A stretch of DNA of 64,000 nt from assembly GCA_903842795.1 (NCBI GenBank), contig CAIMNJ010000018.1, forward strand, positions 3,246 to 67,245, given 5' to 3'. Below, piece after piece: positions 26,436 through 36,016 of this stretch. How positions within the stretch are numbered: the first letter of the stretch is position 1; the number at the start of each line of letters is the position of its first letter. The stretch comes from an uncultured bacterium (GTDB taxonomy: Bacteria > Patescibacteriota > Microgenomatia > UBA1400 > PJMF01). Both the position numbers and the translations under genes were made by a program. The notes under the pieces were generated by a model. That model had not been told where the DNA came from. It made no database searches and was given only the letters and a program-made list of their open reading frames with translations.

Positions 26436-27347
26436 TTAATCAATCACAATCTCTTCTGCGTGTTGAACTTTTTTGATTCTATTCATCAAAGCAAAAACTA
26501 AATCATCGGCATCTGCTCCACGCTTGTCCAAAACAAAGATTGTTTCGTTGGCGTGATCACGCAAATCATTGTGACCGCCACCAATAATATTACGAGCGAT
26601 TTGTACATTCCATTTAACTAAAGAATCCAGCAAAACATTTTTTAATTTGGTATTACCTTGTGATAAGAATTCTCTAATTCTGTCCACCTGCAAAGAAACT
26701 TGAAAAGCCAAAGCGTCTTGCTCTTGCAACTCAGCTCTTTTGCTTGGATCAGCCACTGCATCATCACCATTAAAATCAATAAACACAGTCAAAGAAACAT
26801 GATGAGGCATACTGTCATAAACCTGTTGCTTGCCAGCAGCTTCCTGACCTAGATCGGTCAACAAGATGTCCTCAACATGTCTACCACTAGTTAAATGTTC
26901 CTCCACTACTGCATGGGTAGCAGCGCAAGCTCCACAATGCTCATGAACTTGAACTTCAACATTATCCAAGTCATCTTCCAAGCGCTCATCAATACAATGT
27001 AAGCTATAACCTCTTGAACTAAGGAAGCGATAAAAAGCTCCAAGAACCTCCAACTCACTACGTTTAAAATTAACTCCAGCAATATCTACTGATTCACCAT
27101 TTTCTCTTAATGCCTGATCGAGAGCTTGATATATTTCAGAGTTCATATCACCAAAAACCAAAGGCAAACCACCTCCAGCTACAAAGTTGATATTACCATT
27201 CAGATCTTGTAACCATTCATCAGGATTGTCTTTTATGGCCTCCCACATTACTCTAATTTGGTTAATAACCTCAGAACTAGCTTCTCTTGATTTCATTTTT
27301 TTTCTTTCTTCTGATGACATAATGTTAGAGATTTTAACATGAGCCAT
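26436..27347 (-). CDS. Hypothetical protein (303 aa) with Cys/His cluster (HCIDERL...HEHCGACAA)
   Basis: ORF 14 bp downstream of the IMPDH-like gene. Possible metal-binding Cys/His motif. No confident family assignment. Confidence 0.4.
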   Translation of the reverse strand: MAHVKISNIMSSEERKKMKSREASSEVINQIRVMWEAIKDNPDEWLQDLNGNINFVAGGGLPLVFGDMNSEIYQALDQALRENGESVDIAGVNFKRSELEVLGAFYRFLSSRGYSLHCIDERLEDDLDNVEVQVHEHCGACAATHAVVEEHLTSGRHVEDILLTDLGQEAAGKQQVYDSMPHHVSLTVFIDFNGDDAVADPSKRAELQEQDALAFQVSLQVDRIREFLSQGNTKLKNVLLDSLVKWNVQIARNIIGGGHNDLRDHANETIFVLDKRGADADDLVFALMNRIKKVQHAEEIVID

Positions 27348-27361
27348 ATCTTTAGAAAAGA

Positions 27362-28414
27362 CTATTTTCTTTCGATATGAGCCACCCCTTCACCCTGCGC
27401 TGCTTGTGAAACAACGGCAAATTGAGCTTTGCTTTGAAATTCTTGAATATCTTTGGCACCAACATAAGACATCGCACTGCGCAAACCACCAATTAGATCA
27501 TCAATAATTAGTTCTGCCGGACCTTTATATGGAACCATGGTCATAATGCCTTCTGCACTACGAAACTCTCCCATTTTAGAACCATTATCTTTCATATAAT
27601 CTTCAGAAGCTTGACCGCGAGCCTTCTTTACTCCGCCAATAACTTTGCCGGGGGTTTCTTCTGTACCTGCCAGAATCGAGCCTACCATAATAACTTTAGC
27701 TCCAGCAGCGATTGCTTTAGCAAAATCAGCTGGCTTACGAATACCACCGTCAGCAATTACATCCAAACCAGATTCAACTGTTTCAAAAACTGCTGACAAT
27801 TGTGGAAAGCCAGCTCCAGCCACTAAACGTGTAATACACATTCCACCACCACCAACACCAACTCTAGCTATTTTTAATCCAGCTTCTTTATAAACCATTG
27901 CCTGATCATAACTAACAATATTGCCTGCTATAACCGTCATTTTGAGCTTATCTTGAATTTCAGCAGCAGCATTAACTACACTTTGCATACCACCATGAGC
28001 AACATCTAGAAGCAAAACTTTGGCACCAAGTTTTTTGAAAGCTTGAGCATCAGCAAAAGCGTTCTTCAAACCAATGGAATAAACGGCATTGATTTTATCT
28101 TTTTGTAAGTTTTTACAAGCCTCCAAAGCTTCATCGATAAAAACTCTAGGCATGAAAGTTAAACCCCCAATTTTATGCATTAAGCGAGCCATTTTCTCAC
28201 CACTAATGGTATCCATTGGGGCGGTTACAATTGGTTTACTCAAAGTAAATGGGCCAAATTGCACTGATAAATCAGTTTCCTTTCTGGAGCCAATTTTTGT
28301 ATTGGCTTGAGGCACCAAAAGCACATCGTCATAAGTCAAACTTGCTGGATGAGCACTACTAATATTAGGCCAAGCTTCTGTTTTTCCAAGAGCTTGATAA
28401 AAGTTTTTGGACAT
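27362..28414 (-). CDS. IMP dehydrogenase/GMP reductase family protein lacking the CBS subdomain
   Basis: LTYDDVLLVP, PIVTAPMDT, catalytic-Cys loop GVGGGGMCITR and IADGGIR motifs. 350 aa with no CBS insert. Confidence 0.8.
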   Translation of the reverse strand: MSKNFYQALGKTEAWPNISSAHPASLTYDDVLLVPQANTKIGSRKETDLSVQFGPFTLSKPIVTAPMDTISGEKMARLMHKIGGLTFMPRVFIDEALEACKNLQKDKINAVYSIGLKNAFADAQAFKKLGAKVLLLDVAHGGMQSVVNAAAEIQDKLKMTVIAGNIVSYDQAMVYKEAGLKIARVGVGGGGMCITRLVAGAGFPQLSAVFETVESGLDVIADGGIRKPADFAKAIAAGAKVIMVGSILAGTEETPGKVIGGVKKARGQASEDYMKDNGSKMGEFRSAEGIMTMVPYKGPAELIIDDLIGGLRSAMSYVGAKDIQEFQSKAQFAVVSQAAQGEGVAHIERK

Positions 28415-28445
28415 AAGCGGTCTTTTCCTTGTTTTTAATTATTAT

Positions 28446-29900
28446 TTAGTAATATTTAATTGTTTGCTCTCTCTTTGGACCCACGCTCACCATGAGCAAC
28501 TTCACATTCAAACTTTGACTTAAAAAAGCCAAATATTGCAAAGCTTCTTTTGGAAGATCACTAATTTTTCTCACTTTACTGAGCGCAGAGCCATCAAAAC
28601 TAGGTAGCTCTACATACTTAGGACTAACACGATTTAGATATTCCTGATCTGGTCTGTAGGCCACTTCTTTACCATCAATTTCATAAGCCACACAAACTTT
28701 GATTGGCACTTCCTTATAAGCAATATCTAAATGTGTGAGAGTTAAATATTCGACTTTGCCAACTCTAAATAAATAAGAAAGCATAGGTAAATCTATATAG
28801 GCAATATCTCTTGGTCTCTTAGTAGTGGCTCCATATTCATTAGCATCTTCACGAATACGCTCTGCCAATTCTTTGCCCATCATGGTTGGTAATTTTCTGG
28901 TACCAACACTAGAAGTATAAGTTGCCTTAATAGTTGCAGCTCTAACTGCCAATAAACGGTCATCAACTATTCCTTCAGTGGACGAGTAAATACCATCAAA
29001 ACCACAATTTGAAGCTGTTACATCAGGATAAACTCCATAGCGAGTATCAATGCCTAAAGCTTGAGCTTTTTCAAAAACCATTGGCACCTTGGAATTCCAA
29101 GTTTTGGACAATAAGTTAGTCACATCTTGGACAAATTCAGCAAGAATTTTTATACTGTCAGAAATGCTTTTGGCAAATTGTGCAAAATCACCAACTACAA
29201 CACTTGATCCATCAAGTCTTGGAACTGACACCTCGCTTAATTTAAAACCAAAACCAGCTGAAAGCATTTGATAGTGCTCATAATGTGTTTGTAAGCGTTT
29301 CTTCCAATCTTTAGCTAACAAATCACGCATACGCAGAGGATTACGATAAATTACGTCTGCATATGCCGGAGAAATTCCCCTACCAGTGGCTGCTTTGCTA
29401 CCATCTGCTTTCATTTTTAGTACTGCTTCAAAAGCGCGATGTGTATCCAGAGATAATAGAACCATTTCGTCAATTAATAATTTGGCCGGAATTTCTTTGC
29501 CATCCAAAACTTTTCTAACTTCTTTTATCTCCATCACCAAATCTTGCGGATGGAGCACCATCTCCTTACCAAGAATTACCGTACAACCTTTTTGCAAAAT
29601 ACCAGATCCAAGTTGGTGTAGAGCAATTTTTTTATCACCAAAAGCAATAGTGTGACCAGCATTGGCTCCACCATTATCACGGTAATGAATTACTTGCTTT
29701 TGTTTTTTAAGAAAAAGAGAAGTTAACTCATCTGTGACACGTCCTTTACCTTCGTCACCCAAGGCACCACCTACTACAGCGATGGAATTTGCTCGACGCC
29801 CTTTGGTAAGAAATGGATTGCTCACTAATTTATAATCAGTTTTATAAAGCTGTCCTTCTTTGTAAACAGCTTTTTTGATTTTCAGGAAGTTATTAGCCAT
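28446..29900 (-). CDS. purA: Adenylosuccinate synthetase (long form, 484 aa)
   Basis: P-loop GGALGDEGKGRVTDEL, NAGHTI and ATGRGISPAYADVIYR motifs. Confidence 0.8.
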   Translation of the reverse strand: MANNFLKIKKAVYKEGQLYKTDYKLVSNPFLTKGRRANSIAVVGGALGDEGKGRVTDELTSLFLKKQKQVIHYRDNGGANAGHTIAFGDKKIALHQLGSGILQKGCTVILGKEMVLHPQDLVMEIKEVRKVLDGKEIPAKLLIDEMVLLSLDTHRAFEAVLKMKADGSKAATGRGISPAYADVIYRNPLRMRDLLAKDWKKRLQTHYEHYQMLSAGFGFKLSEVSVPRLDGSSVVVGDFAQFAKSISDSIKILAEFVQDVTNLLSKTWNSKVPMVFEKAQALGIDTRYGVYPDVTASNCGFDGIYSSTEGIVDDRLLAVRAATIKATYTSSVGTRKLPTMMGKELAERIREDANEYGATTKRPRDIAYIDLPMLSYLFRVGKVEYLTLTHLDIAYKEVPIKVCVAYEIDGKEVAYRPDQEYLNRVSPKYVELPSFDGSALSKVRKISDLPKEALQYLAFLSQSLNVKLLMVSVGPKREQTIKYY

Positions 29901-29902
29901 TG

Positions 29903-31297
29903 CTAATCTTTCTTGTGTAATTTGTATTGGGAATATTTACTAAAAAAGTCTTCAGTTCTCTTAGACACATCAAGAGCTATTTTTTCTGAAAGACCAAGAT
30001 ATTTTTCTGGAGTCAAATTCTGCAGTTGCTCACCCATATTTTCTGTTAATGCTTGCCAATCTTCTTTGGTGATATTTTTATTTTTAGCCAATTTAGCAAT
30101 TTTTTCATAAGCTTCTTGGTCACCATTTTTTCTAGCCAAAGTTTGCCAAGCCTCTGTCAAAATATTGTAATTATTTTGTAGAGCTTGGATTGTAACTCCC
30201 TCATTTAAGGATAGCTTAGCCAAACCGCCACTGAGGCTATCATAAGCCAAAAGACAATGAGCAAAAATAACACCAATATTGCGAAGGACTGTGCTTTCTG
30301 ATAAATCTCTTTGCAAACGACTGATCGGTAGCTTGCGCATCATAGCTTCCAAAAGAGAATTGGCCAAAATTAAATTACCTTCAGAGTTTTCAAATTCAAT
30401 TGGATTAATTTTTTGAGGCATGGTTGAAGAGCCAACAAATTTTTCCTTGCCTTTTTGCAACAACCACCCATCGCTAATATAACGCCAAACATCTTGGTTT
30501 AATCCAATAAAAACACTGTTTATTCGATAAAAAATTGAAAATAATTTTACCAAATCATCAGCAGGAGCAATTTGCGTAGCTGTTTCAACAAAATTAAATC
30601 CAAAACTTTCTACAAATTTTCTACTAAATTTTTGCCAATCAATTTTTGGAAAAGACAATTGCATTGCTTGATAACCACCCACTGCTCCAGAAAATTTTCC
30701 ATGAAATTTATAGTCTTTCAATTCTTCTAAAATTAACAAAATCCTATCTACAAAAACCGCAATTTCTTTGCCAAAGGTCGTGGGAATAGCTGCTTGACCA
30801 TGAGTTCTTGCCAAAATTGGCGAAGCTACATAATTCACAATAAGGCTATTTAATTTTTCTACAACATCTTTTAGACTAGGAAAAACAACTTCCTGCAAAC
30901 CACCTGCGAGCATTGATCGATAAGCTAAATTATTAATATCTTCTGAAGTAATTGCAAAGTGAATAAAAGGAATTAAGTAAGTGAGATTATTTTTTTCAAA
31001 CTCTTCACGTAAATAATATTCAATTGCTTTAACATCGTGATGGGTTATTTTTTCAATCTCTTTAACTCTGCCAATTGCCAAAGCATCAACATCTTTTAAT
31101 TTTGCAAAAATGTTTAATTCTTTTTTTTGCAAAGTTGGAATAATTCCACATTCAGCTAAAGCATGTAAATAGGAAATTTCAATTTTGATTCTAAAGGAAA
31201 TTAAAGCTGCTTCGGAAAAATGGGTGCGAAGAGAGCTTGTCTTTTTTCTGTAGCGACCGTCAATTGGCGAAATTGCCATTGTATCTTCTGTCAGCAT
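29903..31297 (-). CDS. purB: Adenylosuccinate lyase
   Basis: Fumarate-lyase signature GSSTMPQKINP. Size 464 aa. Conserved N-terminal DGRY. Confidence 0.85.
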   Translation of the reverse strand: MLTEDTMAISPIDGRYRKKTSSLRTHFSEAALISFRIKIEISYLHALAECGIIPTLQKKELNIFAKLKDVDALAIGRVKEIEKITHHDVKAIEYYLREEFEKNNLTYLIPFIHFAITSEDINNLAYRSMLAGGLQEVVFPSLKDVVEKLNSLIVNYVASPILARTHGQAAIPTTFGKEIAVFVDRILLILEELKDYKFHGKFSGAVGGYQAMQLSFPKIDWQKFSRKFVESFGFNFVETATQIAPADDLVKLFSIFYRINSVFIGLNQDVWRYISDGWLLQKGKEKFVGSSTMPQKINPIEFENSEGNLILANSLLEAMMRKLPISRLQRDLSESTVLRNIGVIFAHCLLAYDSLSGGLAKLSLNEGVTIQALQNNYNILTEAWQTLARKNGDQEAYEKIAKLAKNKNITKEDWQALTENMGEQLQNLTPEKYLGLSEKIALDVSKRTEDFFSKYSQYKLHKKD

Positions 31298-31312
31298 CCA
31301 TTAACTAATTAT

Positions 31313-31418
31313 ATTTTGAACCCTGTCTTTTTGCAATCCCAATATTGCAAAAAACAGCTGGTGCAAAAGATGCAACGCGAATTTTGGACCCTGTTTTCTG
31401 GTGCAAAAGATGCAACGC
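31313..31418. repeat. Imperfect tandem direct repeat (two copies of CTGGTGCAAAAGATGCAACGC at 31358-31378 and 31398-31418, each preceded by TTTTGRACCCTGTYTTT) plus palindrome TTGCAA-N8-TTGCAA (31331-31350) in the purB upstream region
   Basis: Read directly from the sequence. The region lies between the mnmA stop and the purB start. Confidence 0.45.
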
Positions 31419-31427
31419 ATAAAACAT

Positions 31428-32489
31428 TTATTTAATAATTCCACCACCTAAAACAATTTCGTTTTGATAAAAAACAATTGATTGTCCATTAGTTACGGCT
31501 CTTTGCGGTTGATCAAAAACCACTTCAACCTCATCTTTACCGCGAGGGAAAATTGTCACTGCAACTTCTTTAGCTCCATATCTAATTTTGGCAGTTGCTT
31601 TGGTTGGCTCCAACAATTTATCAACTGCAATAAAATTCAAATCACCAGCAATTAAACTGTTAGATAAAATATCTTTTTCATCACCCAAAACAATTTCATT
31701 TTTTTCTGCATTAATTCGACTTACAAAAATTGGTTTACCAGTCGCAATTCCCAAACCTTTACGTTGACCAATAGTGTAGTGGTAAATACCTTTGTGTCTG
31801 CCCAAAATTTTCCCATCTTTATCAATAAAATTACCGTGTTGATTTGGTACTCCTGTTTGCTTTTCAATAAAGCCAGCATAATCATGATTGCTAACAAAAC
31901 AAATATCCTGACTATCTGGTTTGGTAGCAACTCCCAAACCTAATTTTGCAGCAATTTCTCTCACCTTTGTTTTTTCATAACTAGCTAAAGGAAAAATTGT
32001 GTGGGCCAATTGTTCTTGGGTTAGAGTATAGAGCGGATAAGTTTGATCTTTATTTAAACTAGCTGACCTCTTTAGCAAATAACGATCATCTTTTTTGACA
32101 ACAGAAGCATAATGACCAGTAGCAATGTAATCCATACCCATTTCCAAAGCCCTTTTCAAGAAATCGTCAAATTTAATATAACGATTACAAGCAATACAAG
32201 GATTTGGGGTTCTGCCTTTTAGATATTCTTCTGTAAAATAATTAATTACTTTTTGCTCAAAACTTTCTTTAAAATCTAGGACATAGTATGGGATCTCTAA
32301 TTTATCAGCAACACGTCGTGCATCATCTACAGCAGACAAAGAGCAACAGGAACCATTTTCTTCTTTCTTCCCATCTTGCCAAATTTGCATAGTCACCCCG
32401 ACAACATCATACCCCTGCTCTTTCAACAAAGCGGCAGCCACAGAGCTGTCAACCCCACCACTCATACCGATCATTACTTTCTTTTTCAT
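31428..32489 (-). CDS. mnmA: tRNA-specific 2-thiouridylase
   Basis: PP-loop IGMSGGVDSS. Catalytic Cys context. Size 353 aa. Confidence 0.9.
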   Translation of the reverse strand: MKKKVMIGMSGGVDSSVAAALLKEQGYDVVGVTMQIWQDGKKEENGSCCSLSAVDDARRVADKLEIPYYVLDFKESFEQKVINYFTEEYLKGRTPNPCIACNRYIKFDDFLKRALEMGMDYIATGHYASVVKKDDRYLLKRSASLNKDQTYPLYTLTQEQLAHTIFPLASYEKTKVREIAAKLGLGVATKPDSQDICFVSNHDYAGFIEKQTGVPNQHGNFIDKDGKILGRHKGIYHYTIGQRKGLGIATGKPIFVSRINAEKNEIVLGDEKDILSNSLIAGDLNFIAVDKLLEPTKATAKIRYGAKEVAVTIFPRGKDEVEVVFDQPQRAVTNGQSIVFYQNEIVLGGGIIK

Positions 32490-33628
32490 AAAATATTTGT
32501 GTTTGAAAAAATTTCTCGCAAAACAGCTAGTAAATAATCTAAATCTTCATCAGTATTTTCATCGCCAAAAGTGAATCTAATTGCATTCTTAGCCATTTGT
32601 CGATCAAGGCCCATAGCTAATAAAACATGTGACGGCTCGATTGATAAGGCGCTACAAGCCGAACCACTAGAAGCAGCAATCCCTTTCATATCCAACATCA
32701 TTAATAAAGAATCACCAGAAATTTTTGGGAAAGAAAAATTAATATTTCCAGCCAACCTTTTTTCTCTATGGCCATTTAACTTTATTCCCTTGGTAATTTT
32801 TGGTATCTCCAAAATAGCCCTATCTCTTAAGAGAGTTAGCTTGTGTTGATGATTTTTTAAATCATTAATAGCTAATTCCAAAGCTTTGGCCATCGCTACA
32901 ATACCAGCCACATTTTGAGTACCAGCACGCAAATCTCTTTCTTGACTACCGCCATGCAATAAATTTTCTATTTTTATACCATCGCGTAAATACAAAGCTC
33001 CAACCCCCTTTGGTCCGCCAAATTTGTGGGCAGATATAGACATTGCATCTAAACTTAATTTGTTGGCATCAATTTCCAAATTACCAACCACTTGCACTGC
33101 ATCAGTATGAAAAATGATATTGTATCTATCAGCCAATTTAGCAATTTCAGAAACTGGTTGAATTGTCCCAACCTCATTGTTTGCAAACATAATTGAAATT
33201 AAAACGGTGTCTTTACGAATTGCTTTTTCCAAATCAGCAATAGAAATTAAACCATCACTATTAACTGGCAAATAAGTTACTTCAAAACCATTTTTTTCTA
33301 AAAATTGACAACTATGTAAAACAGCATGATGTTCAATTTTGGAAGTGATAATATGTTTCCCTTTTTTTTGGTTAGCATAAGCCAATCCTTTAATAGCCCA
33401 ATTGTCAGCTTCCGTTCCAGAACTAGTGAAAAAAATTTCTTTTGGTTGGACATTAAATAAACCCGCAATTTTTTCTCTTGCAGTTTCTATAGCTTTTTTA
33501 CTTTGTCTGCCAAGTTCATAAATAGAAGCAGCATTACCATAAAAGTTATTTAAATATGGAAGCATGGCCTCTATTGCTTCTGGCCTAGTGCGAGTGGTGG
33601 CAGCATGATCTAAATAAATTTTTTTCAT
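32486..33628 (-). CDS. iscS: Cysteine desulfurase (NifS/IscS-type class V aminotransferase)
   Basis: PLP-lysine motif SAHKFGGPKGVGALY. Active-site Cys in SSGSACS. Confidence 0.85.
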   Translation of the reverse strand: MKKIYLDHAATTRTRPEAIEAMLPYLNNFYGNAASIYELGRQSKKAIETAREKIAGLFNVQPKEIFFTSSGTEADNWAIKGLAYANQKKGKHIITSKIEHHAVLHSCQFLEKNGFEVTYLPVNSDGLISIADLEKAIRKDTVLISIMFANNEVGTIQPVSEIAKLADRYNIIFHTDAVQVVGNLEIDANKLSLDAMSISAHKFGGPKGVGALYLRDGIKIENLLHGGSQERDLRAGTQNVAGIVAMAKALELAINDLKNHQHKLTLLRDRAILEIPKITKGIKLNGHREKRLAGNINFSFPKISGDSLLMMLDMKGIAASSGSACSALSIEPSHVLLAMGLDRQMAKNAIRFTFGDENTDEDLDYLLAVLREIFSNTNIL

Positions 33629-33630
33629 AA

Positions 33631-33864
33631 TTATTTTTTCAAATCATCCATCGGCGGCATTTTTTTATTTAATTCTTGAATTAACTCTTCGATCTCATCG
33701 TCTTCCAAACCGTGCATTTTAGCACCTTCTTCCAAGGTATCCCATGAAGCAGCAATGCAATTTCCACAATACAAACCATACTCATAGAGGACATCATTTA
33801 ACTCTGGGTCAATGGTGACTAGCTCATAAATGCTCGTATCTTTATCAACTACATTATTTTTCAT
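33631..33864 (-). CDS. DUF1858-like small protein (ScdA/hybrid-cluster-protein-associated domain)
   Basis: DPELNDVLYEYGLYCGNCIAASWDTLEEGAKMHGL matches the DUF1858 pattern. Confidence 0.5.
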   Translation of the reverse strand: MKNNVVDKDTSIYELVTIDPELNDVLYEYGLYCGNCIAASWDTLEEGAKMHGLEDDEIEELIQELNKKMPPMDDLKK

Positions 33865-34225
33865 ATTTATCTAAAGCCTCTTGCAAGGCTTTTAACGTCA
33901 AAGTGGCACAAGCAATTCTACTGGTAGTTAAATTTAAATTAATTAATTTTAATACTTTTTCTTGATCAATTTTTTTAGCATCTTCAATATTTTTGCCAAT
34001 AATTTCTTCCAACAAAAAATCAGCGCCAATTATACTTACAAAACACATTTCTCCATCAAATTTTGCATCCTTAATTACACCTTTTTCAATTAACAACGAC
34101 AAATGAACATGATCGCCACAAAAAGTGTTAGTTTTATCTAAAACAATCGATGGATATGTCAAATTACCCTTATAAGTTGGGTCTTTATAAACCTCCATCA
34201 ATTCGCTTCTGTATAAATCATCCAT
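33854..34225 (-). CDS. sufU: SufU/IscU-type Fe-S cluster scaffold
   Basis: Three conserved Cys: FCGDHVHL, EMCFVS and SRIACATL. Size 123 aa. Position between sufS and iscS. Confidence 0.65.
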   Translation of the reverse strand: MDDLYRSELMEVYKDPTYKGNLTYPSIVLDKTNTFCGDHVHLSLLIEKGVIKDAKFDGEMCFVSIIGADFLLEEIIGKNIEDAKKIDQEKVLKLINLNLTTSRIACATLTLKALQEALDKYEK

Positions 34226-35432
34226 AATAATTAATTGCTTTTTTCAAATTTATAAGTAAAAAATCCAAATCTTCCTTCTGATTATACAAGTAATAAGAAG
34301 CACGCAATGTTGCTCCGCATCTATGAGATTGATGCAGTGGCATAGCACAATGAAAACCTGACCTCAAAGCTAAACCAGATTTTGATAAGTAGTCGCTTAT
34401 GTCGTGAGAATGAACACCCTCAACATAAAAAGAAACCAAACCGGTACGCCCTTCTGCTCCAATCTCTCCAAAAATTTTAATTCTACTTATTTTATTTAAT
34501 CCATCCAATAAATATTTGCTTAACTCAATTTCGTGTTCTCTAATTTCATCCATACCAATATCCAACAAATAATCAATTGCTTTATCCAAAGCAATTGCAC
34601 CTTCCACATTTGGAGTTCCAGCTTCAAATTTTTCTGGATATTGTGCAAACAAAGTTTCCTTCATAGAAACAGATTCAATCATTCCTCCACCAAGTTGGTA
34701 CGGTTGCATTAAATCTAGAAGTTTATCTTTTGCATAGAGCACACCAATGCCCATTGGAGCAAGCATTTTATGACCAGAAAAAGCATAAAAATCACAGTTC
34801 AAGTCTTGAACATCAACCTTTAAATGAGGAATTGCTTGAGCCCCATCAACTACCAAAACCGCTCCAAATTGATGAACAGTTTCAGCAATTTTTTTTATAT
34901 TACTAATTGTCCCAAAAACATTGCTTGCATGTGCTATCGATACTATTTTTGTTTTTGTAGACAATTTTTTTTGCCATTCATTTTTGGTAATTCTGCCAAA
35001 TTTATCACTCTCCAAGACTCTCAAAATTGCTCCAGTTTTTTTGCAAACATCTTGCCATGGTAAAAAATTACTATGATGTTCGAAATCACTCACCAAAATT
35101 TCATCATTCTTTTTAAGAACATTTGAAGCATAACTATAAGCAACTAAATTTAAAGATTCGGTGGTGCCCTTAGTAAAAATTATCTCCCTACTATTTTTCG
35201 CATTAATAAACATTGCTACTTTTTTTCTCGCAGCATCATAAGCTTCACTAGCTCTTTCACTAAGATCGTAAATACCACGATGAACATTAGCATTTTCACT
35301 ACTATAAAATTGCGAAATTCTATCTATTACTACCTGAGGCTTATGACTAGTTGCAGCACTATCCAAATAAACTAACTTTTTATTATTGAAAAAAATTGGA
35401 AAATTACTTTTAATTTTTAATATATCTAACAT
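34218..35432 (-). CDS. sufS: Cysteine desulfurase SufS
   Basis: PLP-lysine motif SGHKMLAPMGIGVLY. Catalytic motif RSGFHCAMPLH. Confidence 0.85.
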   Translation of the reverse strand: MLDILKIKSNFPIFFNNKKLVYLDSAATSHKPQVVIDRISQFYSSENANVHRGIYDLSERASEAYDAARKKVAMFINAKNSREIIFTKGTTESLNLVAYSYASNVLKKNDEILVSDFEHHSNFLPWQDVCKKTGAILRVLESDKFGRITKNEWQKKLSTKTKIVSIAHASNVFGTISNIKKIAETVHQFGAVLVVDGAQAIPHLKVDVQDLNCDFYAFSGHKMLAPMGIGVLYAKDKLLDLMQPYQLGGGMIESVSMKETLFAQYPEKFEAGTPNVEGAIALDKAIDYLLDIGMDEIREHEIELSKYLLDGLNKISRIKIFGEIGAEGRTGLVSFYVEGVHSHDISDYLSKSGLALRSGFHCAMPLHQSHRCGATLRASYYLYNQKEDLDFLLINLKKAINYYG

Positions 35433-36013
35433 AAATAATCCTCAATCATTTTCTTTGCTTCTTTATTTTTAATTGAATCTAAAATCTTATTAAAGAAAGC
35501 TTCCTGTAAGATTTTTTCTGCCTCACTTTTGGTAAAGCCACGACTCATTAAATAAAAAAGATCTGCCTCATTTAAACGACTACTAGTAGCGCTGTGAGAA
35601 GCTTTAACACGATTATTTAAAATTTCCAAAACTGGCTGAGATCGATTATAAACTGCATCACCAACTATTAAACTTTGTTCTTTCAAAAAAGACTTAGTCT
35701 GTGAAGCTTTTTGCTCTATAAGAATTTGACCAAGATAATCAACTTTCGACTCATCTGATTGGCTCAAATAGACCTCAGTTAAACAACTTGTTTTTGGAAC
35801 TAAGTGCTTAATATTACTTTCCAAATACCAATTACTTTTATTTTTTAATATACCAATGAATAATAATTGGCAATTTAAATTACTTTTTTTAAAAAAAAGA
35901 TCGACTTTAATTTTGCCAATGCTGGATTCTTTATCCAATAGAACCAAGTACAAAGTATTTTGTTTTGGTTCCAAAGAAAATTCTTTTTGATTTTGAAGCA
36001 AGACTGTTTGCAT
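35426..36013 (-). CDS. sufD: Short SufD-like Fe-S assembly protein
   Basis: C-terminal LFYLMSRGFTKSEAEKIL motif shared with SufB/SufD. Sits between sufB and sufS. Confidence 0.55.
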   Translation of the reverse strand: MQTVLLQNQKEFSLEPKQNTLYLVLLDKESSIGKIKVDLFFKKSNLNCQLLFIGILKNKSNWYLESNIKHLVPKTSCLTEVYLSQSDESKVDYLGQILIEQKASQTKSFLKEQSLIVGDAVYNRSQPVLEILNNRVKASHSATSSRLNEADLFYLMSRGFTKSEAEKILQEAFFNKILDSIKNKEAKKMIEDYLC

Positions 36014-36016
36014 ATT

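Noticed and set aside
26436-27347. Beta-carbonic anhydrase assignment for the 303-aa protein, based on CxDxR and HxxCG motifs
   Set aside because: The two motifs are about 20 residues apart, whereas beta-CAs have about 55. The protein is also about 100 aa longer than beta-CAs. It is left as hypothetical.
31358-31418. Possible CRISPR array
   Set aside because: There are only two copies of a 21-bp repeat, with related (not unique) spacers and no cas genes. It was scored as a regulatory tandem repeat instead.
31298-31427. Purine riboswitch in the purB leader
   Set aside because: The minus-strand leader lacks the conserved purine-aptamer junction sequences (the UAUA...CCGUAAAU-type core), so no riboswitch was called here.
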